Positions 16,230 to 25,280 of a DNA stretch of 64,000 nucleotides are shown piece after piece. The stretch covers positions 75,976 through 139,975 of the forward strand of contig JACOYB010000004.1 in NCBI GenBank assembly GCA_016182085.1. The letters run 5' to 3'. Source of the stretch: Candidatus Magasanikiibacteriota bacterium. GTDB taxonomy: Bacteria > Patescibacteriota > Patescibacteriia > Magasanikbacterales > GWA2-37-8. The first letter of the stretch is position 1, and each line of letters opens with the position of its first letter. Under the pieces are notes generated by a model. That model was given only the letters and a program-made list of their open reading frames with translations, did not search any database and was not told the DNA's origin. The translations under genes were made by a program, and so were the position numbers.

Positions 16230-17369
16230 TTATTTGGAGACAACCAAGGCGCGCCGTAATTTTTTGCGGGCGCGAGAAAGGATAAGTTTTACCGCATTTT
16301 CACTTTTTCCAACCGCCAGCGCGATGTCTTTTGTCAATTTATCCTGCTGATATTTTAAAATTAAAATCTTTTGTTTAATACCCGACATTGTATGAATCGC
16401 GTTCCATAATTTTTCAATATCCCATATTTTTGCTTCATCAATCGGTGTGGCCGGAATATTTTCCGCCAAATCCAGATCTTGGACTTGGGGAGCATGGGCC
16501 GCGGAGCGATAGTGGCTTGCCAAAACATTGTGAGCAATGCGCAGAAGGTATGTCAGATACGAGGCGTTGGATACGGTAAAGCGGGGCAAATATTTGAATG
16601 CTTGCAGAAAAGTTTCCTGGGCTAAATCTTCAACAAAGGCAGGATTAGCCCGTTTGAAAAAGTATTGTTTTATATGCACATAATACTTTTGATACAATTT
16701 ATCAAAACGCAAGCTATTTAACTGGGCTGAATGTATTAGCTCACTATCTTCCAACCTGTCGCGGTATTGGGTTTGCGTTGGTTCCACCAGAATTTTTTGT
16801 AAGAACTGTTCTAAAAGAGAATCTGTTTTTTGAGTTTGCGAGCTTGGAAAATCATCAGTTCCCAGCGGTGAAGATAGAGAAAATAAATGTAAAAAAAAGC
16901 CAATCGCGCTGTCGTCGGTTTTTTGTTTTTCAAATTGACTGATAAATTCGTGGTCAAAATTGGCAGATTTGGAAAGATCCAAGGCGTTACTTATATCAAT
17001 TTCAATAAAGAATTTAATTTCACCGGCCTTGTTTAGGATAGGAGCAATATGCAACAGATCCGAATAAATCGTGCCATCCTTTTTTTTATTTTTAACCCAG
17101 CCGATGAAGGGCTGCTTTTGTCGGCCGATGGTTTGCCACATGTTCTGGTAAAATTCTTTCGGCATGTTGCCGCCCCAAAGCTGCCCCGGTTTTTTGCCGA
17201 TTACTTCGCCGGGTGAAAAACCGGTTTTTTCTTGGATTTTTTTATTAACATACAAAACCGACGCATCCGGAGCGGTAATTATAATTGTTCCCGCAGAGGT
17301 ATCGTCAAACTTTTGTTTGAGCGCGGGGGCAGTTATTTTTTGTTTAGGTTTTGATTTTTTTGGAGGCAT
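16230..17369 (-). CDS. PAS domain-sigma70 family fusion protein
   Basis: N-terminal PAS-like region (IIITAPDASVLYVNKKIQEKTGFSPGEVIGKKPGQLW...KDGTIYSDLLHIAPI). C-terminal sigma region 2 (LAQETFLQAFKYLPRF) and region 4 (LTKDIALAVGKSENAVKLILSRARKKLR). Start taken at the ATG for MPPKKSK. The ORF track extends it to a GTG. Confidence 0.65.
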   Translation of the reverse strand: MPPKKSKPKQKITAPALKQKFDDTSAGTIIITAPDASVLYVNKKIQEKTGFSPGEVIGKKPGQLWGGNMPKEFYQNMWQTIGRQKQPFIGWVKNKKKDGTIYSDLLHIAPILNKAGEIKFFIEIDISNALDLSKSANFDHEFISQFEKQKTDDSAIGFFLHLFSLSSPLGTDDFPSSQTQKTDSLLEQFLQKILVEPTQTQYRDRLEDSELIHSAQLNSLRFDKLYQKYYVHIKQYFFKRANPAFVEDLAQETFLQAFKYLPRFTVSNASYLTYLLRIAHNVLASHYRSAAHAPQVQDLDLAENIPATPIDEAKIWDIEKLWNAIHTMSGIKQKILILKYQQDKLTKDIALAVGKSENAVKLILSRARKKLRRALVVSK

Positions 17370-17666
17370 ATTTTTATACCCTATCACGATTGTATAGAGG
17401 GGGCAACTTGGGTTAGACACCTTTTAGGCAGCATTTGCATTTATTTAGGTAGAAGCGTTATATATTCGCTTCAGAGAGGAGGTGAGCATGCAGAAACATA
17501 GTTACATGAAGCGGTAAAAAGGACGATAGCTCCTTGACAATTGGCTAAAAGAAGTAGTTGGGATTTACTAGTTCTATCTATCTCGGTATAATTAGAGTAA
17601 CCTATTGCATAAATATGAATCGCTGCTTTAGATCCGCGCGATAAAAATTTTAATATAGTTAATTGT

Positions 17667-18677
17667 ATGCCAGTAAACAAAAAATCGCGCGTTGTTTTCT
17701 ATGGTCTTTGGCCGGAATTACATAATTATACTCGTACTTTGTTGCGCGCATATTCTTGCGCCCTGCATAGTGAAAAGATTAGCATAGACAATGTTGATCC
17801 TCACACTGACATTTTGGCCGTATTTATTGAGTCGCCGGTAACTAAGGAGATAATGGGTAAAATGTCTCGCTTAAAATTAATTTCGGCTATGAGTACGGGG
17901 TATGATCATATAGATCTAAAGGCTGCGAAGAAGGGCAATATTAGCGTAGCCAATGTCCCGACCTATGGAGAAAATACAGTAGCCGAACATACGTTCGCTC
18001 TTATACTCGGCCTCACGCGAAAACTTTTTGAATCGGTTAAACGCGTCAAGGAAGGAAAATACGATTTTGATGGCTTGCGAGGTATGGATTTGAAAGATAA
18101 AACTCTGGGTATAATCGGTACCGGACATATTGGCTCCCATGTCATACGAATGGCCAAGGGGTTTGATATGCAAGTAGTCGCTTACGACGTTAAGCCAAAT
18201 CGCCAACTTTCAAAAACCATGGGCTTTGCCTATGTGTCCCTAAACGAACTGCTTAAAAAGTCGGATATCGTTAGTTTGCACACGCCTTTATTTAAAGAGA
18301 CATACCATCTCATAAACAAAAAAAATATCAAACTAATGAAACCGGGCAGTTTGCTTATAAATACCGCGCGCGGCGGACTAGTGGAACCGGAAGCACTTTT
18401 GCAAGCGCTTAATGAAAAACGCTTAGCCGGGGCCGGCCTGGACGTGTTGGAAGATGAAAACTTGCTTCAAAATTTTGAAGAAGTCATGAATTGCGGGGAT
18501 AATGCCTGCAAACTAAAAACTTCACTCATTAATAATTTAATCATTGACCACCCCAACACCATTGTTACCCCGCATAACGCGTTTAATAGTACCGAGGCCC
18601 TGCAGCGTATCATAGACGTAACCGTTTCAAATATTAAAGATTTTATTGCCGGCAGACTTAAAAATAAAGTTGTCTAA
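17667..18677 (+). CDS. D-isomer-specific 2-hydroxyacid dehydrogenase (NAD-binding)
   Basis: GIIGTGHIGSHVIRMAKGFDMQVVAYD Rossmann motif and catalytic R/E/H arrangement. Confidence 0.85.
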   Translation: MPVNKKSRVVFYGLWPELHNYTRTLLRAYSCALHSEKISIDNVDPHTDILAVFIESPVTKEIMGKMSRLKLISAMSTGYDHIDLKAAKKGNISVANVPTYGENTVAEHTFALILGLTRKLFESVKRVKEGKYDFDGLRGMDLKDKTLGIIGTGHIGSHVIRMAKGFDMQVVAYDVKPNRQLSKTMGFAYVSLNELLKKSDIVSLHTPLFKETYHLINKKNIKLMKPGSLLINTARGGLVEPEALLQALNEKRLAGAGLDVLEDENLLQNFEEVMNCGDNACKLKTSLINNLIIDHPNTIVTPHNAFNSTEALQRIIDVTVSNIKDFIAGRLKNKVV

Positions 18678-18704
18678 AATGCTCGCCCCTAGAAATTAGG
18701 AAAA

Positions 18705-18733
18705 CAAAAAACTAACCCACGGGTTAGTTTTTT
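18705..18733. terminator. bidirectional terminator hairpin between convergent genes
   Basis: aaaaaactaacccacgggttagttttttg. Confidence 0.55.
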
Positions 18734-18748
18734 GTTTAGAAGCTATAA

Positions 18749-19078
18749 TTATAATTTGGATTTTGATTTTTTAGATTGTCTACTCAGTATTCCTTGCACC
18801 GAAGGGCTTACCGATTTATCCGTGCGATGAATACAGCCAATCCAGCAACACGGCCGGCGCTTTCCTTCCTTTAGTTCACCCACCAGCCTCTTAATATGCC
18901 CCATTCTCGTCTCGGCTTGCTTGACGAAGGTAACCCAGCAAATCCACTCATTGCGTGCGAGCGGCGTAAGATTCTCCCATTTTGCGAGCGCTGCTTTATC
19001 GGCAGTGAGAGTTTTTTGTAAATCCACCGGTACTTTGTGTACCACACCGGCAGAGATTTCTTTTTTGGGCATAAGCAT
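18749..19078 (-). CDS. YdeI/OmpD-associated-like small protein (DUF1801-like)
   Basis: 109 aa, W-rich core (ALAKWENLTPLARNEWICWV) reminiscent of the YdeI family. Weak call. Confidence 0.35.
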   Translation of the reverse strand: MLMPKKEISAGVVHKVPVDLQKTLTADKAALAKWENLTPLARNEWICWVTFVKQAETRMGHIKRLVGELKEGKRRPCCWIGCIHRTDKSVSPSVQGILSRQSKKSKSKL

Positions 19079-19304
19079 ATGTAAGTGTATTTATTTTAAT
19101 AAATATTATTAAAATTAACAATGCTGCGCCCGTCCACTCTCCTAAGCTAGGACAATGTATCTGGGGATAACCAATGTAAAGTATACTTGACATTATATTT
19201 TTTCTATTTTAAAATTAACTTTATAATTCAAATTTAATCTTTTGTTCTAGACAAAAAATTAATATAAATCATCCCGATATCTATCGGGAGATAATTTTAA
19301 TAAT

Positions 19305-19898
19305 ATGCAATATAAATTAGTGGTCGGCATTACTATGCTGCTAGGAGCCATAGCCATTACCGGAGCGGGCTGTGTTTCTACCAATCAATCAAGCGCTCCT
19401 GCGGCCAGCTCATCCGCAGATGCTATGGCAGAAAAACAAAAAATTGAAGAGAGAGAAAAAGCGGCAATGATGGAAAAGCAAAAGATGGAAGAAAAAGAGA
19501 AGGCAGATGCAATGGAAAAAGAAAGAACGATGGCGTTGGAGAAAACAGCGACGGCAGAGAAAGAGGCGATGATGGATAAAGCTGTGGCAGGAATGTATAA
19601 AGATTACTCGCCAGCTGCCCTAGCCGAAGCGACCAAAAATGGCGGTAAAGCCGTGCTATTTTTTTGGGCTGCCTGGTGCCCCTACTGCAAGGAAGCCAAT
19701 GCCGATTTTTTGGCAAATACAAGTAAAATCCCAAATAATGTAACAGTGCTTAAAACTAATTACGATACCGAAAAAGATCTTAAAACAAAATATGGCGTTA
19801 CATACCAGCATACTTTTGTGCAAGTAGACGCGCAAGGAAATCAAATTACCAAATGGAACGGCGGCGGCACTCAAGCATTAATAAATAATTTAAAATAA
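19305..19898 (+). CDS. thioredoxin-fold lipoprotein (CPYC active site)
   Basis: Lipobox ITGAGC, an E/K/M-rich repeat linker (EKQKIEEREKAAMMEKQKMEEKEKADAMEKE), then WAAWCPYCKEANADF. Confidence 0.72.
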   Translation: MQYKLVVGITMLLGAIAITGAGCVSTNQSSAPAASSSADAMAEKQKIEEREKAAMMEKQKMEEKEKADAMEKERTMALEKTATAEKEAMMDKAVAGMYKDYSPAALAEATKNGGKAVLFFWAAWCPYCKEANADFLANTSKIPNNVTVLKTNYDTEKDLKTKYGVTYQHTFVQVDAQGNQITKWNGGGTQALINNLK

Positions 19899-19899
19899 A

Positions 19900-21561
19900 A
19901 TGTTGCAAATTATTTTTTCCTTTCTGGCGGGCGCGCTTACCATTGGCGCGCCCTGCATTCTGCCGATGCTTCCAATTATCTTGGGCGCATCGGTGGGTCA
20001 TACTAGCAAAACCAGACCGCTGTTTATTACCCTTGGTTTTGTTGCTACATTTTCGGTGGCGGGGCTTACGCTATCCCTTATTGTGCAAAAACTCATGATC
20101 GCGCCCGATTTGCTGCGAAATATCGCAGTGGCCGGCCTTGCCATTTTTGGCTTGCTCATGTTATTTCCTAGAATTTTTGAAGTGTTGGCGCAGCGATTAT
20201 CCGGGCTTTCTACCCAAGCCCAACAAATCAGTCAAAAAGCAGGCAGTAAAAATTTTGGCGGTTTTGTTTTGGGCGCGATCCTTGGTCTTATATGGACACC
20301 TTGCGCCGGGCCAATTTTGGGCAGTATTCTTACGCTTATCGCGACCCAGTCAAATTTTGGCCAAGCGGCAGTTTTGCTTGTAGCGTATTCGGCTGGAGCG
20401 GGCGTGCCAATGATTGCGATTTCTTACGGCGGACAAGCCGTCACTACCAAAGTCCGTTCCATCGCAAAATATACAAACACAATTCAAAAATTATTTGGCG
20501 GTATAATTTTATTGCTGGCGGCGGCTATGTATTTTCAATATGATTTAAAATTACAGGCAAAAATTTTGGAATACTACAGTTTTCCCGCTTTAGAAGAAAA
20601 ACTTATTCGGCCAAGGTTGAATAATTTACCGGCATCTAATGTGAAAACAAACAGCAGTACAACCACAACCGACCTCCCCAATTACGGACAAGCTCCTGAT
20701 TTTAAAAACATAATCTCTTGGATTAACACCGACAAAAATTTAACCATGAATGACCTGAAGGGCAAAGTGGTGCTCGTTGATTTTTGGACATATTCCTGCA
20801 TCAATTGTATTCGCACATTGCCCTATGTAACATCTTGGTATGAAAAATATAAAGACCAAGGTTTTGTGGTTATAGGGGTGCATACGCCGGAATTTGAATT
20901 TGAAAAAGTGCTAGATAATGTAAAAACCGCGACAAAAAGATATGGCATTAATTATCCAGTAGTATTAGATAATAATTTTGGTACTTGGAATAATTATAAT
21001 AATCATTATTGGCCAGCCCACTATCTTATTGATCGCGATGGAAATATTCGTTATTACCATTTTGGCGAAGGCAAGTACGAAGAAACAGAAAGCAACATTG
21101 CCAGCCTGCTGGGTATGAAAGCTGCGGTCGCGCCACGCACGGAAGAGCCGGCCAAAAATATACGCACTCCGGAAATTTATTTTGGCACGGATAGATTGGA
21201 ATACCTGACAAATTCTCAATCTCCTTCTGCATCAGGTAAGCAATTTTCTTTGCCAACGCAACATGAAGAAAATCATTTTGCTTTACAAGGAATGTGGAAA
21301 TTTGATAAAGAATATGTAGAATTAGCCGAAGGAGCCGGGATAATTAAAATGAAATTTTTTGCCGGCAAGATTCATATGGTGGCAGAAGCAAGCAAACCGA
21401 TAATCGTACAGATTACGGTAGATGGTAAAAAACAAAAACCGGTTACTATTTCTGTGTCCGACTTATATACGCTTTTTGATTCAAACAATTATGCTTCCCA
21501 TGAAATTATCATAGAAATTCCGGAAGCCGGGCTGGAAGTATATACATTCACCTTTGGATAA
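19900..21561 (+). CDS. CcdA/DsbD-type membrane thiol-disulfide transporter fused to TlpA-like thioredoxin and a C-terminal domain (DipZ-like)
   Basis: N-terminal polytopic region with conserved Cys pairs (GAPCILPML, WTPCAGPILG), FWTYSCINCIRTLP thioredoxin motif and a ~130-aa C-terminal beta-rich domain. Confidence 0.78.
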   Translation: MLQIIFSFLAGALTIGAPCILPMLPIILGASVGHTSKTRPLFITLGFVATFSVAGLTLSLIVQKLMIAPDLLRNIAVAGLAIFGLLMLFPRIFEVLAQRLSGLSTQAQQISQKAGSKNFGGFVLGAILGLIWTPCAGPILGSILTLIATQSNFGQAAVLLVAYSAGAGVPMIAISYGGQAVTTKVRSIAKYTNTIQKLFGGIILLLAAAMYFQYDLKLQAKILEYYSFPALEEKLIRPRLNNLPASNVKTNSSTTTTDLPNYGQAPDFKNIISWINTDKNLTMNDLKGKVVLVDFWTYSCINCIRTLPYVTSWYEKYKDQGFVVIGVHTPEFEFEKVLDNVKTATKRYGINYPVVLDNNFGTWNNYNNHYWPAHYLIDRDGNIRYYHFGEGKYEETESNIASLLGMKAAVAPRTEEPAKNIRTPEIYFGTDRLEYLTNSQSPSASGKQFSLPTQHEENHFALQGMWKFDKEYVELAEGAGIIKMKFFAGKIHMVAEASKPIIVQITVDGKKQKPVTISVSDLYTLFDSNNYASHEIIIEIPEAGLEVYTFTFG

Positions 21562-21760
21562 GCACATGATTAAAAATAAAATTAAAAATTTGCGAGAAAA
21601 TAAAGGCATAACCCAAGAGGATTTTGCGGGCGCGCTTAAAGTTTCCCGCCAAACCGTGATTGCGATGGAAAAAGGAAACTACGAGCCGTCGCTGGGCCTG
21701 GCTTTAAAAGTAGCCAAGTTTTTTGATATGCCGGTAGAAAAAATTTTTATCATTAATTAG
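21554..21760 (+). CDS. XRE-family HTH transcriptional regulator (YozG-like, 68 aa)
   Basis: LRENKGITQEDFAGALKVSRQTVIAMEKGNYEPSLGLALKVAKFF, a cro/C1-type HTH. Confidence 0.8.
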   Translation: MDKHMIKNKIKNLRENKGITQEDFAGALKVSRQTVIAMEKGNYEPSLGLALKVAKFFDMPVEKIFIIN

Positions 21761-21776
21761 TTTAACCGCACGTTAT

Positions 21777-22148
21777 ATGCCGCGTCTAAAAATTTTGGTT
21801 TATTATATAATCCTATTTGTCCTCATTGCCCTGATTGCGGCCTATCTATTTTTTAAGCCTATGGATGAAATGTCTATGCCCGCCATGATTTCCATATCCA
21901 TGGTTTTGGTTTTGTACTCAGTGTTGATATCGCTGGCCGGGGAGATAAAAAGCGAGGACGAGCGAGAGGTTTTGCATCGCAATCTTTCCAATAGAGTGGC
22001 AACCATTGCCGCCACGATATTTATTTCCGGCGGATTAATTTATCAGATTTTTGTTACGCATCATATAGATTGGTGGCTGCTAGCGGCGATAATTATAATT
22101 AACCTCACAAAAATTACTAGTCTTATTTATTTTCATTATAAAAAATAA
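21777..22148 (+). CDS. small membrane protein partner of the XRE regulator (DUF2975-like architecture)
   Basis: 123 aa with 3-4 TM helices, immediately downstream of the 68-aa HTH gene. This pairing is common in Firmicutes. Confidence 0.5.
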   Translation: MPRLKILVYYIILFVLIALIAAYLFFKPMDEMSMPAMISISMVLVLYSVLISLAGEIKSEDEREVLHRNLSNRVATIAATIFISGGLIYQIFVTHHIDWWLLAAIIIINLTKITSLIYFHYKK

Positions 22149-22171
22149 CTATCAAGTATTCTTTAAAATAA

Positions 22172-22199
22172 AAATAAAGCATGTACTGCTTTATTTTTT
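22172..22199 (+). terminator. rho-independent terminator
   Basis: aaataaagcatgtactgctttatttttt. Confidence 0.6.
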
Positions 22200-22232
22200 G
22201 GCTCCGAACATTGAACGAAATCCACGTTAGTG
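22200..22232. repeat. degenerate copy of the 3' half of tRNA-Asn (putative island att remnant)
   Basis: ggctccgaacattgaacgaaatccacgttagtg shares gaaatccacgtta (13/13), gctcc and gaac blocks with the tRNA 3' end at 24982-25021, in the same orientation. Confidence 0.4.
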
Positions 22233-22333
22233 ATTATTACAATACTATACAATTAGAATTTACGATAGTTTATGGTTTGGGTAGGGATGGGCATTCTCAG
22301 CCTAATTAGATATTGTTTTTATTCAGTCTGAAT

Positions 22334-24919
22334 TTAAAAAGACTTCATTCCGTTCAAATCTAAATATACCCCAAACGGTGTTGCCTTCCAATAAGACATA
22401 TTTATACCATAAGTTAGTAGTATTTGAGTTACAGTATTAGAGCTTATGCCCTTAATTGGGAGGAAGTAGCTAGCGGGTATCTTTACTTTGTGAGTCATTG
22501 CATTATTATTTTCATTCTTATATTCTTCTTTATAGTCTGCCTCTATATTTTTAAATATACTTTCCAAGTTGATCCCTTTAAGACGATCAACATATTCCTT
22601 GGTTCGGATATTTGCCTCCACTGGATTAGTAATAGTTTGCACAGACGTAAGAATATCTCTATATAAATCTATAAAATCTTTTAAGTATTCTTTTTCCTTA
22701 ATTTGATGCCAGAATCTTGTATCTGGATCAGTAAACATAATTAAATTATACTCATCCAAAGCTTTTGCTAAAGTTTCCCACAAATTATCCTGTTTTTCTT
22801 TAGGCTTCTTAAGCTCTGATAATTTATATTCTTTCCAAAAATGTTTTATATCTGTATATACAAAAGAGCCAGTAATCTGTGCTAGGTAAAGTGCCATTTC
22901 AAGAGTGCCGCTCATTTGATAAACATGCATTTGACCCCCTTTTTCACCGATACCAATTGGTTGTAAGGATGCTAGTGGGTTGTCTAGTTTTTTCTTTTGT
23001 ATATATTTCAAGGCATCCTCAATCTCTTCTTCAGAAGCATTGGGTGATTTTTCTTTAAGTTTGTATTTTAAAATATCTGGTGGTAAGTTAAAGATCGAAC
23101 TTTTCATATCATCTCGCATCAATTTTTGTGCAAGATCTGTATCATTTTTATCTATACTACGATATTTCATTCTCGCTTCAGCCATTTTATAAGTACGTTT
23201 TTTTAAATCTAAATTAAAATCGCAGGGATCTGGGATCATTTCGACAATGCCAGAATCAATAAGAGGCATTAAGCCCAGTATTAAATTAACATTTTTAATC
23301 GTGTTCTCCATGTATTGATGAGGGTTTTCATAAGGGCTATATTTTTCGTTCATGGTCCTGGGATTTAAAAATGGCGAATACATAATTATCTTATCGACAT
23401 ACAGAGAATAACCCATTATTGTTAGTGGGGTTACTCTGGGGTCAAGTGAACCATGGTAAAGGGCTTTTAATTCATCTTTATTTGGCTTTGATAGCAATGC
23501 TGTTAGCTCGGTATCAGGATTCCAGAGATGCCCTATGACACGGTATAATTCCCGAATTTTATCATCAGTCAACTCTTTGCGAAAGTCATCCCAATTTATG
23601 CCTTTATCAAAACCAAATATTTTGTAGATCGCATTATTTAGAATCTCGTTTCTCTCTTTAATTGAGTATTTTCGTACTGGGTCATTCTCATTTTCTCTGC
23701 TTGTATGCCTACGACCAAACGCATCCTGATACCAAGCGAGGCCGCCATCTTTGCCGCCAACATAAATTTCACCTCCAAACTGGTATAATCCATCCTTTGG
23801 TGGTAGTAGTATTTTATATAAAGACCCCCACTCATTTTGAGAGTATGTTTTTTCTGGGTATAGCCATTCTAATTTCCCAGCAGCAATGTACTTTCGAGCA
23901 CGGTTTTTTATAATATAGTTAAACGCACGCACTTCTTCGGCTTTTAATTTCCTTTCTCGTATAACAGTATCCCACCTAGTTATAGTTTGAGAAAAGAATC
24001 GCGGGTTAGTTCTGCTGGAAACTGGATCTACTTCGTTTGGAGAGGTCGCATATTCAAGGTTTGTTAAAACAAGACAGTGGTTTAAATCTAATGGAAATAT
24101 TGTTTGAGATGCCTTCCACGCTGTTGAGGGATCGTTGGGGTATTTGCATGCCTCTGACTCAGGAGGGCAGGCGGGATTATATATTGTCACAGGATGGTCA
24201 GAGATAATAAATTTAATATCGGATTCTTCGGCAGAAACTATCTCCATCACTCCCTCTATCCACATAGTACAATGCATGGTTCTTAAAAATTGCATTTCTA
24301 GTAGCAGTTCATCTTTTGTAAGCTGAAAATAGTTAGAACGAATCCAATCAAGCCCCTTAATAGTCCGTAGCTTTTGGGCATCAATATATACAAATATATC
24401 TTGAAAATATTTATGTAAAATATTAGGATCATTTGCTACTAATCCATCTATGGCAGCAGAAATATTGTTATCCATCTTTCCAAATAAAAGAGTTTCTATA
24501 TCCTCATTTCTCATGCCAAAGAAATTTGTCGTATATAAATTTTTTTTATGAAAATAACTTCCAGGTCCCTTATTATATTTCTCTGTAAGTTTTACTCGTC
24601 TTCCATTCGGGAGATCCTTATAAGGCTTTAAATCAATACAGTGCAGCGTTTTTTGTCCAGGTAGAAGGAATCTTTTTTGGTATTTAATCGGAACATAATG
24701 ATTATTTTGTCTTTTTGGCTTTGATGCGTATAACATAAAGTCTCCGTTTTGATTTTTAGATGTATCGTTATAATTTAACCTCTGGATTGAATTACTCAAT
24801 ACAGAATACTCTTGAGGAGTAGAAGCTTCTCGAGTTTTATTAATGCAACATTTCTTATATTTTTTACCACTCCTACACGGACATGGCTTGTTTAAGTATT
24901 TTCCTTTCCCCATAAACAA
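22334..24919 (-). CDS. large SEC-C-motif plus DUF4238-like domain protein with ~430-aa uncharacterised C-terminal half
   Basis: N-terminal KPCPCRSGKKYKKCC (SEC-C metal-binding motif), then NHYVPIKYQKRF...IISDHPV characteristic of DUF4238. Very AT-rich. Immediately downstream of tRNA-Asn on the same strand. Confidence 0.7.
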   Translation of the reverse strand: MFMGKGKYLNKPCPCRSGKKYKKCCINKTREASTPQEYSVLSNSIQRLNYNDTSKNQNGDFMLYASKPKRQNNHYVPIKYQKRFLLPGQKTLHCIDLKPYKDLPNGRRVKLTEKYNKGPGSYFHKKNLYTTNFFGMRNEDIETLLFGKMDNNISAAIDGLVANDPNILHKYFQDIFVYIDAQKLRTIKGLDWIRSNYFQLTKDELLLEMQFLRTMHCTMWIEGVMEIVSAEESDIKFIISDHPVTIYNPACPPESEACKYPNDPSTAWKASQTIFPLDLNHCLVLTNLEYATSPNEVDPVSSRTNPRFFSQTITRWDTVIRERKLKAEEVRAFNYIIKNRARKYIAAGKLEWLYPEKTYSQNEWGSLYKILLPPKDGLYQFGGEIYVGGKDGGLAWYQDAFGRRHTSRENENDPVRKYSIKERNEILNNAIYKIFGFDKGINWDDFRKELTDDKIRELYRVIGHLWNPDTELTALLSKPNKDELKALYHGSLDPRVTPLTIMGYSLYVDKIIMYSPFLNPRTMNEKYSPYENPHQYMENTIKNVNLILGLMPLIDSGIVEMIPDPCDFNLDLKKRTYKMAEARMKYRSIDKNDTDLAQKLMRDDMKSSIFNLPPDILKYKLKEKSPNASEEEIEDALKYIQKKKLDNPLASLQPIGIGEKGGQMHVYQMSGTLEMALYLAQITGSFVYTDIKHFWKEYKLSELKKPKEKQDNLWETLAKALDEYNLIMFTDPDTRFWHQIKEKEYLKDFIDLYRDILTSVQTITNPVEANIRTKEYVDRLKGINLESIFKNIEADYKEEYKNENNNAMTHKVKIPASYFLPIKGISSNTVTQILLTYGINMSYWKATPFGVYLDLNGMKSF

Positions 24920-24983
24920 AATAAACGAGTATTACCTCGTTTGAATCAAGACCCAAACGGGTCGCTCTCACGTATTTAATTTG

Positions 24984-25055
24984 CTCCCAGGCTTGGACTC
25001 GAACCAAGGAAATCCACGTTAACAGCGTGGCGTTGTACCGCTCAACTACCTGGGA
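24984..25055 (-). tRNA. tRNA-Asn (anticodon GUU)
   Basis: Minus-strand cloverleaf. Acceptor UCCCAGG/CCUGGGA, D-arm GUUG..CAAC, anticodon stem CCACG/CGUGG with loop CUGUUAA, T-arm CUUGG-UUCGAGU-CCAAG, discriminator G. CCA not encoded. Confidence 0.85.
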
Positions 25056-25068
25056 ATAGAACTTGAAA

Positions 25069-25087
25069 GCCCGCTTGTGGCGGGCGT
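25069..25087. repeat. solo hairpin of the repeat family (cccgcttgtggcggg), just 5' of tRNA-Asn
   Basis: Identical hairpin core to 11265-11287. Followed by a second hairpin gtagtttctatataaaactac. Confidence 0.5.
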
Positions 25088-25280
25088 AGTTTCTATATAA
25101 AACTACACCTGCGTTAGGCGTTATTATTATTTAAGTTGTTATTTAGGCTTTTCATATGTGGTGCGTATCATAAATCTTTTAACCCGTCTTGTCAATGAAA
25201 TATTACTAGGATAGTATTTAGAGCATCAATGTAACATGTTGGCGACTCAGGTATTATCCTTATATATAACTAATTAGTTT

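Noticed and set aside
21554-24919. Expectation of an integrase or transposase near the tRNA-Asn islet
   Set aside because: No tyrosine/serine recombinase or DDE transposase motifs are seen in any frame between the tRNA and the partial repeat. The islet is therefore described as a remnant or cargo-only segment rather than an intact mobile element.
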